Origin: Paraspadella gotoi
Lineage: Eukaryota; Animalia; Chaetognatha
DNA: 64,000 nt
NCBI GenBank assembly: GCA_051294375.1
Contig: CM119263.1
Coordinates: forward strand, 31,479,476 to 31,543,475
Direction of reading: 5' to 3'
Part shown: piece by piece, positions 14,871 through 53,535 of the stretch
Position numbering within the stretch: position 1 is the first letter of the stretch
How the letters are laid out: each line of letters begins with the position of its first letter
Notes under the pieces: model-generated
The model's database searches: none
What the model was told of the DNA's origin: nothing
The model's input: the letters and a program-made list of their open reading frames with translations, nothing else
Translations under genes and position numbers: made by a program

Positions 14871-15899
14871 TTTTCCAGTTACCTTTTTTTCCACCACAAA
14901 CTTCATTTCCCTTCTCTCTCTATTTCTGGGCCACTCCCATTTCCAGTTGCCACTTTTTCCCCATCGCTTTTCTCATTTCCCTTCCCTCTCTATTTCTGGG
15001 CTTCTCTCATTTCCAGTTCCACCTTTTTTCCATCATTTTTCTCATTTCCCTTCCCTCTCTATTTCTGGGCCACGCCCATTTCCGGACGCCTCTTTATTTT
15101 CTCGCCATTCATTTTTTCCCTTTCCCTTCCTCAATGTTCGGCCCCCCCTCTTTATTTCCGCCTCCCCTCTGCCCATTTTTCCGGCCTCCACTCTCGGCTA
15201 CTTCTTCTCTTCTCCTCTCAAGAACATTAGCGTCACTTCCGCCCGGAGCGTCGACGTCGTCGTCGTCGTCGTCGTCGTCGTCGTTCGATTCACTGATCAA
15301 ACAAAAGTCGAAGTGAAAATGTGAATTTTGGGACAAAAAAATATGGAGAAATGATGAGTGAAAAATCACCAGTGAATTCGTCACTACCCTCACCGAAAAA
15401 AAGACCAAATCTACATAAAAAAAGAAAATAAAATGACCTTGAAACTTGTCATTCAAAACTGAAAACCTAATGACCTATTTAAGAGTAAGACTGACCGACT
15501 CTAAGAGTGAACGATTCGACCCAAAACGTTAATGAGATTATAAAACAAGGGATCCAAAGAATCCATTTGACCTGGAAATGGAAAATGGATTTAAAAAGTG
15601 ATCACGAAAATGGATTAAACGGGAACTGAGGCATCACGTGACCGACTACGACCTCCGAAAATGTTGAGCGGAATGGACTCCGCCGGTCAGGGTGAGTTTA
15701 AAAGGCTTAAGATTATTATTTATTAATAACAATTGTATTAATTCTCTCTTTTTATAGTTTTTGTTATTTTAAGAAAAAAGAAAGTTTTTAACTTTCGAAG
15801 TAGTAGAATAAAAATTTATCGATACTTAATCAAAACACGACAATATGCAAATGAGATTGATGAGCTACACACATTATTTATCTCTTCCTATCTGACTTC

Positions 15900-16215
15900 A
15901 TCTCATCTCATCTCATCTCATCTCATCTCATTTCATCTCATTTCATTTCATTTCATCTCATCTCTTCTTAATTCATCTCGTCTGTTTTCTTCTCATCTCT
16001 TCTCATCTCATTTCATCTCGTCTCTTCTTAATTCATCTCGTCTCTTTTCTTCTCATCTCATCTCATCTCATCTCATCTCATCTCATCTCATCTCATCTCA
16101 TCTCATCAAATCAAATCTCTCCTCATTTCATTTCATCTCATCACATCTCTTCTCATTTCATCTCATCTCATCTCATCTCTTCTTATTTCATCTCCTCTCA
16201 TCTCATCTCATCTCT
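15900..16215. repeat. (TCATC)n pentanucleotide satellite
   Basis: Directly visible. Confidence 0.9.
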
Positions 16216-18451
16216 TCCTGATCGACTTTCGATGAAAGAATTCTTTTCGTTTAAGACTTTTTTTCAGTCGAGAGACAAAATCCTAATTGATTCCGGAAAA
16301 ATGGGTCGCGATCAAAGAGAGAGAGAGAGAGGGAGAGGGAGAGGAGGACAAAGGGGGGGAAGGAGGGCGGAGAAGTGGCGGGAAAATCGTGATTGGTAAT
16401 GAGAGGGCGGCTAAGAAAGCCGGAGTGGCAAAGAGGAGGCGGGCTAATAGGGAAAAGGGCAAATAGAGAACGGGCTAATGTGTAAGAGGATAAGAAAGGG
16501 CGAGCAAGCAGAGGGGCGGACAAAGAGAGGCGGGCGGAGAAGTGACGGGCAAATTGAGGAGGCGGGCTAGCTAAGAAGGCTGGAGGGGCAAAGATGAGGC
16601 GGACTAATAGGGAAAAGGGAAAAGAGGGGGCGGGATAATGGGTAATAGGATAAGAGAGGGCGAGCAAGGAGAGGGGCGGACAAAGAGAGGCGGCCGGAGA
16701 AGTGATTGACACTGAGGGAGCGGACTAAGACTAAAGTAGAGGGCGCGCTAAGAAGACTGTCGGGCAAAGAGGAGGAAAGGTAGGTTCCGGGTTAAGAGTG
16801 GCTGGAAAAAGAGGAGAGCGGGCAAAGAGGGGAGCAGTCAGTGAAGAGAGCGAGCAAAGAGTTGAGCGAGCAAAGAGGGCGTGAGAGAGAACTATTTTGG
16901 CGAATGAGAGGAATTGAAGCTAATTAGGGTCGATGGTCAAAAAATAAGGGGCTTTGAATGGGTGGGGTGGTGATTGAGAAAGGGCTTTGAATGGGTGGGG
17001 TGGAGATTGAGAAAGGGCAAAGAAGCGGCCTTAAAGAGGCGTCTGAGAAGTCCTAAGGGGCATCAATCATCAAGGACACCCGGGGTACTTAAAATTTATC
17101 GACGCCCTTAGGGGTATTTAGGGCATTAAGGGCATCGGAGTATGAGAAGAATTTTAGTTGTTGTTGTTATTTATTTCGGCCAATCACGTTGTCTCCGACT
17201 TTGTGCTCTCTATGAGAGAGGAGTTTAGTAAAGAGGAGAGCTAAGAGAGGTGGGCAAAGGTAAGATGAGAGAGGTGGGCAAAGATAAGACGAGAACATAT
17301 GTCAGAACATCAAATTACTATCTATTTAATAATAAAACGATGATTCTTTTCATGGCATGTTTTTTATTTACTTTAGAATGAAAAAGCAATTGTTTTTAAA
17401 TGCCTATTAGAAATTGAGTTGGAATCTTGAAGCTTGAAATAGAAAATATCAGTCAAGTTTAGGTTACCGACACTATTTATATTTTATAAGTTCTAACCTA
17501 TTATTATTTTTATGACCGGATAAAAATTAAATAACGGGATTGTAAATCAATCATTTTACAACTGAATTAAATTTGACTTATTTTTCATGTATACTTTATT
17601 TTCTAGAATTAAAATACATAAATGATGACAGAGTGAATGACTAACTTCCACTTTTAAAAATGAAAAGTTTTTGCACTTTTAATTTAATGTGGTATTCCTT
17701 TCGTTTCGTTGTGTTTTGGTGTTTTAGCGAAAACAAAGTTTAGAGTTTGTACTACAACGATTTTTATTCAATTTTTGACGAATTATTTAAATTAATTAAA
17801 ATTCTTTCTTATCCATTTTTGAAATTTATCTTCTGAAATAACTTGATTAAATCGTCATCACAACAAGTAAGCTCAGCCTCAGATGTCTGCAAACCTTCCC
17901 TCTCCCCTCTCCCACTTTTATGTACCCTTGTTGTCTTTTGTCATAGCTACTTACCTAATAATATATATCCTCACCTTACTTACCTCTTTTCCCTGACAGG
18001 AGCATAGATAGAGCCCAACCATAGATAGATACATACCATCAGAGTGGCGCCCAATCATGAAAAAGGAAAAAAAGGGAAAAAAATGTAAAAAAGGGAAAAA
18101 AAGGGGAAAAAAAGGGAAAAAAAGGAGAAAAAAAAGGGAAAAAAAGGGGAAAAAAAGGGAGCGAAGTCCAAATTTAAAAAAGAGATTTTTCGCGTTTCTT
18201 CTGAGACTTGAGATAAACGATTGAAATCATTAAGAGGAAGGAGTGAAGGGGGAGGGAGAGAGAGAGGAAAGGAAGGAGAGGAAGGGAGAGAGGGAGGAAG
18301 GGGGAGGGAGATAGGGAGGAAAGGAGGTAGGGAGAAAAGGGAAGGAGAAAAAAGGAAAAAAGTAAAATAGAGAAAAGAAAAGGAAGAACAGAGAGAGAAC
18401 ATTAAAAGGGGAAGCGTTGATTGTAAAATGAAGCCCTTTGAATTCGGCCAA

Positions 18452-18486
<35 letters not shown>

Positions 18487-18607
18487 CAAAATGAGATAAA
18501 GATAGATTGGGTGCAATGATTGGAAGAAAGTATTTTCTGGCAGTTGGTGACTTTTTCGTCGTATCGCTCACTTTGTCGTCGTCGTCTTCCTGTTCCTCTT
18601 CCTCGTC

Positions 18608-18682
<75 letters not shown>

Positions 18683-19177
18683 GATTTCCTGTCAGTGGAA
18701 ACCAGAAATGTTGGAAATCGAACGGCGTTAATGTAGCACCTCGCAAATCAGCCACGCCCGACACTTCCGGCCGACACGCCCACCACATCTCGCCATACTT
18801 TCCGGCCACCCCTTTTTCCCTTTCCCCCTTTTCCGGCCACCTGACATTCTACTTTCCAGCAACCGTAATTTCCACTCCTTTGTTTCTCTCACCTTTCATT
18901 TCCACTTCTTTGTTTCCCTCACTTTTTATTTCTCTCAGACTCTTGATTTGATCAGACCTGAATTTATTCAATACTTATTCTTTTATAGATTTATCTAGTT
19001 ATATCTTAATTCGTTATTCCGTTAAATATATGTTCTAAAGGTTTGCCTTATTTTTATATTAAAAAAAAGGATATTTTCGTTATTGACGTCTGATATTTAG
19101 AGTTTTACCTCGGAGCTAATGACCCATGAAACACACGAGACGGTCGATTGAGCACCCGGTCGACCCACACGCTCACA

Positions 19178-19300
19178 GACCGACCGACCGACCGACCGAC
19201 GACCGACCGACCGACCGACCGACCGACCGACCGACCGACCGACGACCGACCGACCGACGACCGACGACCGACCGACCGACCGACCGACCGACCGACCGAC
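19178..19300. repeat. (CCGA)n microsatellite
   Basis: Directly visible. Confidence 0.9.
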
Positions 19301-19949
19301 GAACCACTCGGAAATTCTTTGAAACTTTTTAAAAGTAATTTTCTTTGTATTCAGTATTGACGTTCGTATTTTATGAGGCTCAAAAGCAGTAAAAAACTTT
19401 TTCTAACCTGCAAGTCGCCATGGCTCAACTATGTCGTATGTATTCTGGGTCAAGCCTGTTTTGTAGGAAAGGCGTGACGGTCTTGGAAAATCTTATCGAG
19501 TCTTCCGACGTGGACATTGTGGAAAATGACGGTGCCAAGTCACTAAAGCCAGCAAGATCATGCCAAGGACGATATCCACCGCTGCTAATCTCGATTTAAT
19601 AAAATAAATGATAACTTATAATAACAATAAATAATAATAATAATAATAATTATCATCATTATTAATTATTATTGATTTATCAATAGTAATTCATAAAATA
19701 AAGACGTCTGAAATAGAACTTGGAAAAGTACAATCGGAAAATCTTCACATTTCAAGAATTTTAAAGAAGAAAAAAGTTTTTTCTTTGATCAGAAAATTAA
19801 AAATGAAAAATGATTCTTTTCGTGAATTTTTAATTTTTTTGGGTGTAGAAAAACTGAATCCTTTTGCTTCATTTCTAATTCTTTGTTTTATTTTCTTGAT
19901 TTTTTATTCTTGTTTCCAGATTCCCGCTAATTTTAGATACCTGATACTT

Positions 19950-20250
19950 TTGACCCGATCTTATCAACCTATATTTGAGACTTGATCCTATTGACCCAAT
20001 TTCGAAAACCTGATTTGTAAGTCCAGACTCAAGAGAGCTGATTTTAGTGAACCGATTTTAAAGACCCGATTCTTAAGTCACGACTCTAGAGACCTGATTT
20101 TAGGGACCCGATTCTAAAGACCCGATTCTTAAGTCACCTTGGCAGACCTAATTTTAGTGACCCGATTCTAGAGACCCGATTCTTAAGTTACTACTTTCGA
20201 GACCTGATTTTAGTGACCCGATTCTTAAGACCCGATTCTTAAGTCACGAC
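19950..20250. repeat. Higher-order minisatellite of GACCCGATTCT subunits (about 56-bp period)
   Basis: Repeated GACCTGATTTTAGTGACCCGATTCTA..GACCCGATTCTTAAGTCAC. Confidence 0.8.
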
Positions 20251-21138
20251 TAGGCGGAGGTGAATTCTTTTCACGGGTTTTGCGTCTCACGGGAGTCGGA
20301 CTTTCATTGATGGATGCCGCTCGTTTTCCTTGCTTGTTGCGGCAGCAACCTTTTGTGCTACAGCCTGGTTTCTCTTGCTGGGTGCGTCAGCATTCTTTTG
20401 TGCTACAGCCTCGTTTCTCTCGTTTGTTGCGGCTTCATCCTTTTGTACAACAGGCTCGTAACTATGGCGTTGTTACAGCAACATTCTATAGAGTTGTAAC
20501 TTTTACGAATGCTTGTACTTTCTTCTCCATCTCGTTTCTGTGCAACGAGATTTCCCATTTATTTTCAATCATCGTTTTTCGATTTTTTGATTCTTTAAGG
20601 TTTTTCTTTACCCATTTTTTTCTATTCCATCTTCTGTTCTGGGTTTCATTTTGATTTTTCATTTTTTTATCCAAATTGTCTTTTCTTTTTAAAAAAATCT
20701 TCCAATTTTCCTTTACCTCATATATTTACACCTTTTTACTTTCATATTCCACTTTCCATTTTCCACTTTCCATTTCCAAAATTTCCCTGACACTTTATAT
20801 TCCATTTCCCTCATTTTCTACTTTCCATTTCTGCCATTTTCCTCTTTCAATTTCCCCCACTTCTTTTTCACTTTGCATTTCTCTCATTTTTCACTTTCCA
20901 TTTCAATCATTTTCAATTTTCCATTTTCCTAATTTTTCATTTCCCTCATTTTTCACTTTCCATTTCCCTCATTTTCTATTTTCCATTTCCCTTATTTTCC
21001 ACTTTCCATTTTACCAATTTTATACTTTCCATTTCCCCAATTTTCCACCTCCCCGGATTTATTGAGTCGTCGAGAGGCGAGAAAATTCAAGTTTTGTTCC
21101 TCATAAAAACAGAAGAACGAAAAGAGAAGATAATTTTT

Positions 21139-21517
21139 GGCACTCTTTTCTGAGAGTGCCTCATTTCTGTTCCTTTTCTTAGTGCCCATTTTCTGTTCGT
21201 TTTCTGAGAGTTGTATTTTTGTTTTTTTTTCTAAGAATTTAATTTTAACCTTAATATTAAACCTATGCATATTTTTAAACTTATAACCAAATACTAAACC
21301 TTAATCCCAAACCATAGTCCTGTATTCCAACATAATCCATAACCCTGAACCTAAACCTTAATTTCTAACCCTAACCTAAACCCGAATCCATAACCCTTAA
21401 CTTTAATGCCTGATCCTTAATATTAATCTCTAATCCTTAACCCTAATCTCCTACCTAATTTTTAACTAAAAATTAAGAATTTAAGATAAAATGGGACATT
21501 CTTGGAAAATAAGGCCG
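21139..21517. mobile_element. MITE-like element with degenerate (CCCTAA)n interior
   Basis: Left end GGCACTCTTTTCTGAGAGTGCC.CATTT, right end AAATGGGACATTCTTGGAAAATAAGGCC (imperfect TIR). Confidence 0.6.
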
Positions 21518-21842
21518 AAGTGGGCAGCGGTGGATTCACATTTTAAATATTTTTACATCTCACAAATGATTTGAATATTAATAATGCACATTGCACAATA
21601 ACTAGTTTTGGCATTTTATTTTTCCATTATAAGCCTTACCGACCTGCCATACCAACCTGCCTTACCGACCTGACATGTCGACCTGCCATGCCGACTTGCC
21701 AAGCCAACCAGCCTTACCGACCTGCCATGCCAACCTGCCATGCCGACCCAACAACGACTAGATCCCATTCCGGAACCACGTCATGCCACTTTGCGGAACT
21801 GCGAGCTTCGACTCTCATAAACGCTTTTTCCTAATGGCTTTC

Positions 21843-21978
<136 letters not shown>

Positions 21979-24223
21979 GTCTGACTGAACTTCGGTGCCA
22001 AGGAATTCCACGCCGGAAATATTCACTATTTCTATCTTTGCCACTTGTGATTTTTACAAGTTCCACAATTTGAATTCATATTTGTTATCTTTTCTTTTTC
22101 TTCGGTCCCTTTTGTTAGATCTCTCCGTCTCTGTCTCACCCTCTCCATCTCTCTCTCACCCTCTCCATCTCTCTCTCACCCTCTCCATCTCTCTCTCACC
22201 CTCTCCATCTCTATCTTTCTGCCACCAACAGATGGTTTCTCTCACTTCCTCTCTTCCTGATTTTCCACAAGATTTTACTCCTTTTTTCTCCTTTTTTTCT
22301 CCTTTTTTTTCTCCTTTTTTATTTTCCGCTTTTTGTGTTAGAGACTCAGGGTAAACACGTCTGGAGGAGAGAGAACTGGGGCGGAGGATTCTTTCTTTTT
22401 TTCTTTCTTTCTTTCTTTTTTCTTTAATTCTTTTTTCCAGCCATTGTATAAAAACGAGGAACAGCAATTTCAAGGTGTTGCGCCGTATTGAATTTTTAGC
22501 CGGACTTGCTTACAGCATATTTAATCATAATTGTTATCAACTGATTAGCTGATTACCGCTAAATGCCCGCGTTCAGATCCTTGTTTGCTCAAACTTGTTT
22601 ATAAGGGATGTACATAGGGTTTACTTGTTAATATATTAAAGAATTAACTGAACTATGCTGCACTGATGTTCTGATCAAGTGACCACTTTTTATTGTATTT
22701 ATGTATCTATATTTGTATAAAATATTTATATCTAAATTTAACAATGCATTACTGTTCAGCAATGTACTTTCTCAAATAATTTAAAATTACCGAAATAAGA
22801 TACTGTACATAACAATAATAAAATAATACAAATTTAAGCATTTTCTATTATAAGTAAGATTATCATAGAGACAGACTAACCGTCCGACCGACCAAAAAGT
22901 GACTCATTCGCAGTGTTGCTCTGCAAAAAAAAAAAGAAAAAAAAGAAAAAAAATTAATTGAAAAGTGAAAATTTAAAAAAAATTAAAAGAAAAAGGCGAG
23001 AGAAAGAAAATAGTGGGATAGGGAGAGAAAGAGCTTGGGTAAGGAAAAGAGAGGTCGGTGCTTAGTTAAGGCGAGGAAGGGCGTTGGTGCTTGGTTAAGG
23101 CGAAGGAGAGCTTTGGTGCTTGGTTAAGGATCTTGGCCTCTCGGTTTTGGTCGATGGATTAAGACGAATGACTATAGTTTAGTCGAAGGTTGAAAAAAGA
23201 AAAGAAAAATTCTTGAGTTTGGAAGGAAAGATTAACCTAAAAGATTGAAAATCTGAGCACCAAGCAATTCTATGCTTGTTAATCTGATTTCCATTCAGTA
23301 ACAACTGTAATCAAGCGCTTGGTTGATGATCGTGCTTGTAATACAAGCAGGATATTGGACGCGAAAGAGCAATGACTTTATTTTTTTAAATTTGAGCGCC
23401 TCTTGCGCTAGCACGAAAACTAAGCGACGTGCTTGGTGAAGCAGATCGGGTTTTGCTTGGTGAAACAGATGGGGTTTTGCTTGGTGAAGCAGATGGGGTT
23501 TTTCTGGGTGAAGCAGATAGAGATTTGCTTGTGATCTCGGGTTTGAAAAACAAATTTTTTTTCTTTAAAAATTTTGAAAAAAACAAAATTTCATTGCAAA
23601 ATAAAAAAATGATTGTTGCAACAACAACAACAACAACAACAACTAAAAGATTAATAATAGACACAAAAACGATAATGAAGACTCGAAATACAGAATCGAA
23701 ACGTGTCCTATTATTATTGTTAATAAAATCGTTGTTTCCGCAAATAAAAACTGTTTTTCCTAATTCAACAAATACAACGAAAAGAGAGACTTAACACAAT
23801 AATAGACAATTTAATATTTATTCCCTCTCTCTTTTTCTCTCTCCTCCCCCTCTCTCTCCATCCCCTTACATCCTCTTCCTCTCTCCCTCTCTTCCTCTCG
23901 CTCTCCCTTTCTCTCCTCTCCTCCTCTCCCACTCTCCTCCCCCTCTCTCTCCCTCTCCCCTCCCCCTCTCTCCTTCTCTCCTCCCCTTTTCCCTCTCCTC
24001 CTCCCTCATCCCTATCTCCCTCCTTCACGACTGACTACATCCGCCTTGTCCTTCCGACTCTTGCCCCGAATGGGACGCGGCCTTGACCCCTGTTCCATCG
24101 CCCCCGACGGCACGCCTCTCGCCCCCTACGGCTTCCTACACGCCCCCTATCGGTCACCTTTCTCCTCCTCGTGCCCTGAGGGTCGCACGGCCCCGCCCGA
24201 GCCGCGCGGGCGATAGAAAACCC

Positions 24224-49120
<24,897 letters not shown>

Positions 49121-51636
49121 AAGATGATTAGGGGGGCGGGTGAGGTTAGGGGGTTAGGGGATAGAAAGGTTAGGGATTGGATAGAACACGAAATGGGGGA
49201 TAGAGAGGTTATGGGTCAGGAGATAGATTGGTTAAGGCCGGTTCAACTAAGGGGGCGAAATGAGAAGGCGGTCAGGGGAGGCTAATTTGCAGATTAGCGC
49301 TGAAATCGAGAAAAAAAAAGTCGAGGCGAAATGTCATCATATTTGTTATCATAATTTGGGATCAAACTGATCAGTCCGTCTATCTGCTTGGTCAATCCGT
49401 TGGTCAGTCGGTCGGTCCGTCAGTCGAAAGTGGAAACCTTCCAGTCATTTTCAATTTCTTGCGATTTCGAAATTTTGTTCCGCTCTCTTTCTTCCCCATC
49501 GCTCCAGTTAATGGCTCCAGTTAATGGCTCCAGTTAAAGACTCCAATTAATCATAAAAAAAAACAAAACCAAACATCAAATCACCTAAAACATAAAATTT
49601 TTTTTTTTTAATCACTTACTAACAGTAACATTGTTAAACTGAAAACTTAAAAAAAAAGTAACTAAAGATCAGAGAATATGAAATATAGTATTTTAGATGG
49701 AAGCATGCTGAAAAAAGCTATTGCATGCTTAAAAAAACCATTTGCGTGCCAGAAACAAACAAAAACAAATTGCATGCTGGAATAAAAAAAACATTAGTTA
49801 AAAAAACAAACCAAAATAAACAAACAAACAAAACAAATGAAAAAGTGCGAAATTCGGTTTGTGTCTTGAAAAAAAAAACGAAAAAAGACGATTGTTTTGC
49901 ATCGCAGACAAAAAAAAAGTAGAAAAAAAAAGCTTCAGCAAAAAAAAAAAAAAAAAGAAAAAAGATTATTTCTCTCTCTTATTAGATCGATACTACTACT
50001 AAATTAGGACCGCACTCTCTCACGATCACCCTGTAGGAAAAAGTTTAAACGGAACGGGAGAACTTTTCCTTCTTTCTGGAGATGAAATAAAAAAAAGTTC
50101 AGATTTAAAGAAAGAGATTTTCTTCTGGTTTCTTCATCTTTTTCACTTTTAGTCTTTTAGACGTAGCAAAAAAAAAAGAGCAACGGTATTTTGTTTACTC
50201 GGGGCACAGCGCTCTCTACCGTTTTGTTTGGGTATAAAAACTACGCCAAAAACGAAAAGGCACTCGATCAGTGTGTGTTTAATTTGTGCTCCGAGTTAAA
50301 CGGATTCAACTTTCTTTAATAATATTTTTTTCCTTACTTTCAAACTGGAGAGTTTTAAAGCAAAAAAAAAAAAGTTTTTTCTTTTTTTCATTTTTCCTTA
50401 GAATTTCGAAATAATAGTGTGTAGCAACTTTAGTAAGAATTCCCAAAGTATTTAGCTACAGCGCAACGATAGATTTTTTGGTACGATTTATATTTAGAAT
50501 GTCAATCATTTTAACAAAAAGTTATTTAAATGGTCATAATATATGCATCTTGTAGTAACCATATAAAACGGTTTGTCTAGAAATTGACTTGTGCAAAAAT
50601 TCCCTCTTAATTATCGTGACATATTTAGTACAATAACAATTCCCTCCCCGTTTTCCCACACAATAGGCGTGCATACAATCTGCGCATCCCACCCCCCTTT
50701 ACATATCTAAGGACCCCCAGATTAATTAAAATTGAATATTGTCTTTAACAACTTTCCCTCACACACTTAGCCTCAGCGTTTATATTAACTCAACAAAAAA
50801 AAATATTGATTATCAATTATGCCTTTTTTGATACGATTAAAAAAATGCATCTGGGATCAGATTTGACTAAATATTGAAAATTGATTTACATTTGGTTAAA
50901 TGTTCAATCTTTAAGTGTTTGATTATTCTTAAATTGTTTTTTTTTATAAAGACTACTCTGCATCCGTCCATATTCAAAAATATATTAGCTTTATTTAAGT
51001 GTGACATATCTTTTTAAGTTATTGTTGGCCTCTTTATTTTATTTAATTTTAAGTTTGTACGATATTTTAAGTTCTTGCCATATCTTTTCAGGAGTATTTT
51101 TAAGTTGTTTATTTCAAAGCCGGTCAAAATTTTTTTTCTAAAACCCATTATTGCATTAATTTAAGGAAAAACATTAAAAACAATGAAACCAGAAAAATCA
51201 AATTTAATCAAATCAAATTTCAGACGCAAAAATTTTCATACATTTAAATGTCTGTCTGCGTGAATGCGTAACAAAATAACCAGAATCCAAAAACAAAACA
51301 AAAGATCATGTGTGTTTGCATGCTGACAATAAAAAACAAAAGTGCTTCTTACGAACAAAAAAAAATGTAATTAAAAAAAAAACTAAAAAAACCAAAAACC
51401 TAAAATTCGTTTCAAAAAAATTCAGGCACAAATTTGAACTTCAAACTGACGCACTTTTTTTCTCACCAACAAGATTATGTGGCAGCCTCCTCTTTAACTC
51501 ACCTTCTTCACTTTCACTTACCCTAAAAAAGAGGCTTCGCCAACGCGCGTAGTTTTTGCCAGACAAATATTATTATTGCCAGAAATTATATTGATTGTTG
51601 ATAAAAAAAAATAAGAACAAAAATTTGATCTCTGAT

Positions 51637-52080
51637 CTGCAGTTGCGATTTGACTTAGTGGTCGCGAATTCTGCAGTTGCGATTTGACTCAGTGCCAGTG
51701 GTCGCGAATTTTGTAGTTGCGATTTAACTCAGTGGTTGCAAATTTCGTAGTTGCAATTTGGCATTGCAGTCGCAAATTCTGGAGTTGCGATTTGACTCAG
51801 TGGTCGTGATTTCTGCAATTGCGATTTATCTTGGTGGCCGTATTTTCTGCAGTTGCGATTTAACTCAGTGGTCACAAATTTTGCAGTTGCGATTTGATTC
51901 AGTAGTTGCGATTTGTGCAGATTGAATTTAACTCAGTGATCGTGATTTCTGCAGTTTCGATTTTACTCAGTGGTCGCAAATTTTGCAGGGGCGATTTTAC
52001 TCAGTGGTCGCGAATTCTTTAGTTGCGATTTGACTCGGTGGTCGCGAATTCTGCAGTTGCGATTTTACTTAGTGGTCGCC
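51637..52080. repeat. About 34-bp minisatellite (CTGCAGTTGCGATTTGACTCAGTGGTCGCGAATT), about 13 units
   Basis: Directly visible between the 3' ends of the two genes. Confidence 0.9.
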
Positions 52081-53535
52081 TCCCTTTTTTCTTTCTCCAA
52101 CTTTTTAAAAGTCTTCTGAGAAAAATTATCCCACATAAACATTCATAAATTTACGCACCATGTTTTTTTGTATATCAACAGAAAATAAGTAATTGTCACA
52201 CATTTTTGATCAGTAAATATTTCTATTTGATTTACTGCAAAATCTTCGCGCTTATATAAACCCCAAAAAAGAGAAAAGATAACCTTTCTGTGATTTGTAA
52301 ATTATTATAATGAATTGTTTTTAATATATTTTTTTTCTTTAAACAGAGACAATTTGCCTTCAAGGTGACTTAAGTATTTTTCTTTGATTTTTAATTATCA
52401 AAATCGCATTGTAAATTTGTACTTTTGTTATGAAAATTGTTTTTGCTCGTATTTATGATTAAAACTGACAAAAAAAAATAATCCTAAATTTATTGTAAGA
52501 CTTGCTAATCCTTATAAAATGTCGCATTCATTAGAGCTGATGAATATGTCATTGATTGAAGGTATGGCATTAATAAACTTCTTTGAAACATTAACATGCT
52601 TTAATTTGTATTTATATTTGTATTTTTTAATTCTTTTTTTTCAGGTTTAGTTTTGAATCGTATTTTTATTGTACCCGTAAAACCAAACCAGACGGGAGAA
52701 ACTGTATTGTTGGCTAATTTGTAACTCATTACCCATCCATATTGTGTTACAATATCTGAAAGTGATTTTTGAACATATCGTTTCTCTGCCAACATCATTA
52801 TTGAAGCGAATCTGCATGCCGTAGTTTGAAATTATTTAATCAGCTATCCGTATTTAAAAATTTCAACGGTATTAAGAAAAAAAATAGAAAAGGTTTTAAT
52901 TTAATCCGCTGGTAAAGTTAACTCATGCATTCACTAGGTTATCAGTTTAACGTTGTATATTCTATGGTTGATTTTTTTGAAATATAATTTAGGTTTGAAT
53001 CATAAACCTTGTTTTTATTATGAGAAGTGAGTACTTAATTATATAAAAATTTATAAATAAATAGTTTAAAATTTAGTGATATAGATTTTTGTTTGTAAAT
53101 CAAACTTTTTTGCATAATAAAATAAATCGCTGTCTATCACTCTGCCAAAAAATGCCGATGTATACTTTAAAATGTTTTTGAATCAAGATGGTTAGCATAT
53201 AAGTATACTTATACATCACATATTACAAATAAATTGCTTCAGTAATTCTGTCAAAAAAAGTTTAAAAAGTATTGTAGTACGGTTTTACATCAACAAACTA
53301 AAAGGCAGAACAAAAATGCATTTTTTTAAATGATATAAAATGATTGATTATAATCAAGTGAAGACAACAGAGATATGATATTGATTGTTTTCATATTGTT
53401 TTTTTCATATAGCAAATTTATTTATTTATTTATACCTTACAGTTATTCTCAATTCTTTTAATATTTAGCATCAAGAAATGATTTCATTTTTCAAGTCTTT
53501 TGATATAATTTTGTGATTTTTCAAGTCACGTGATC

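Noticed and set aside
51637-52080. 34-bp repeats resembling a CRISPR array
   Set aside because: Units are head-to-tail with no unique spacers, the context is eukaryotic, and there are no cas genes. The same applies to the 27811 and 43586 arrays.
52500-52840. Apparent small GT-AG intron (about 52562-52645) with short flanking ORFs
   Set aside because: All frames close quickly and no recognisable product; could be UTR or lncRNA but unsupported.
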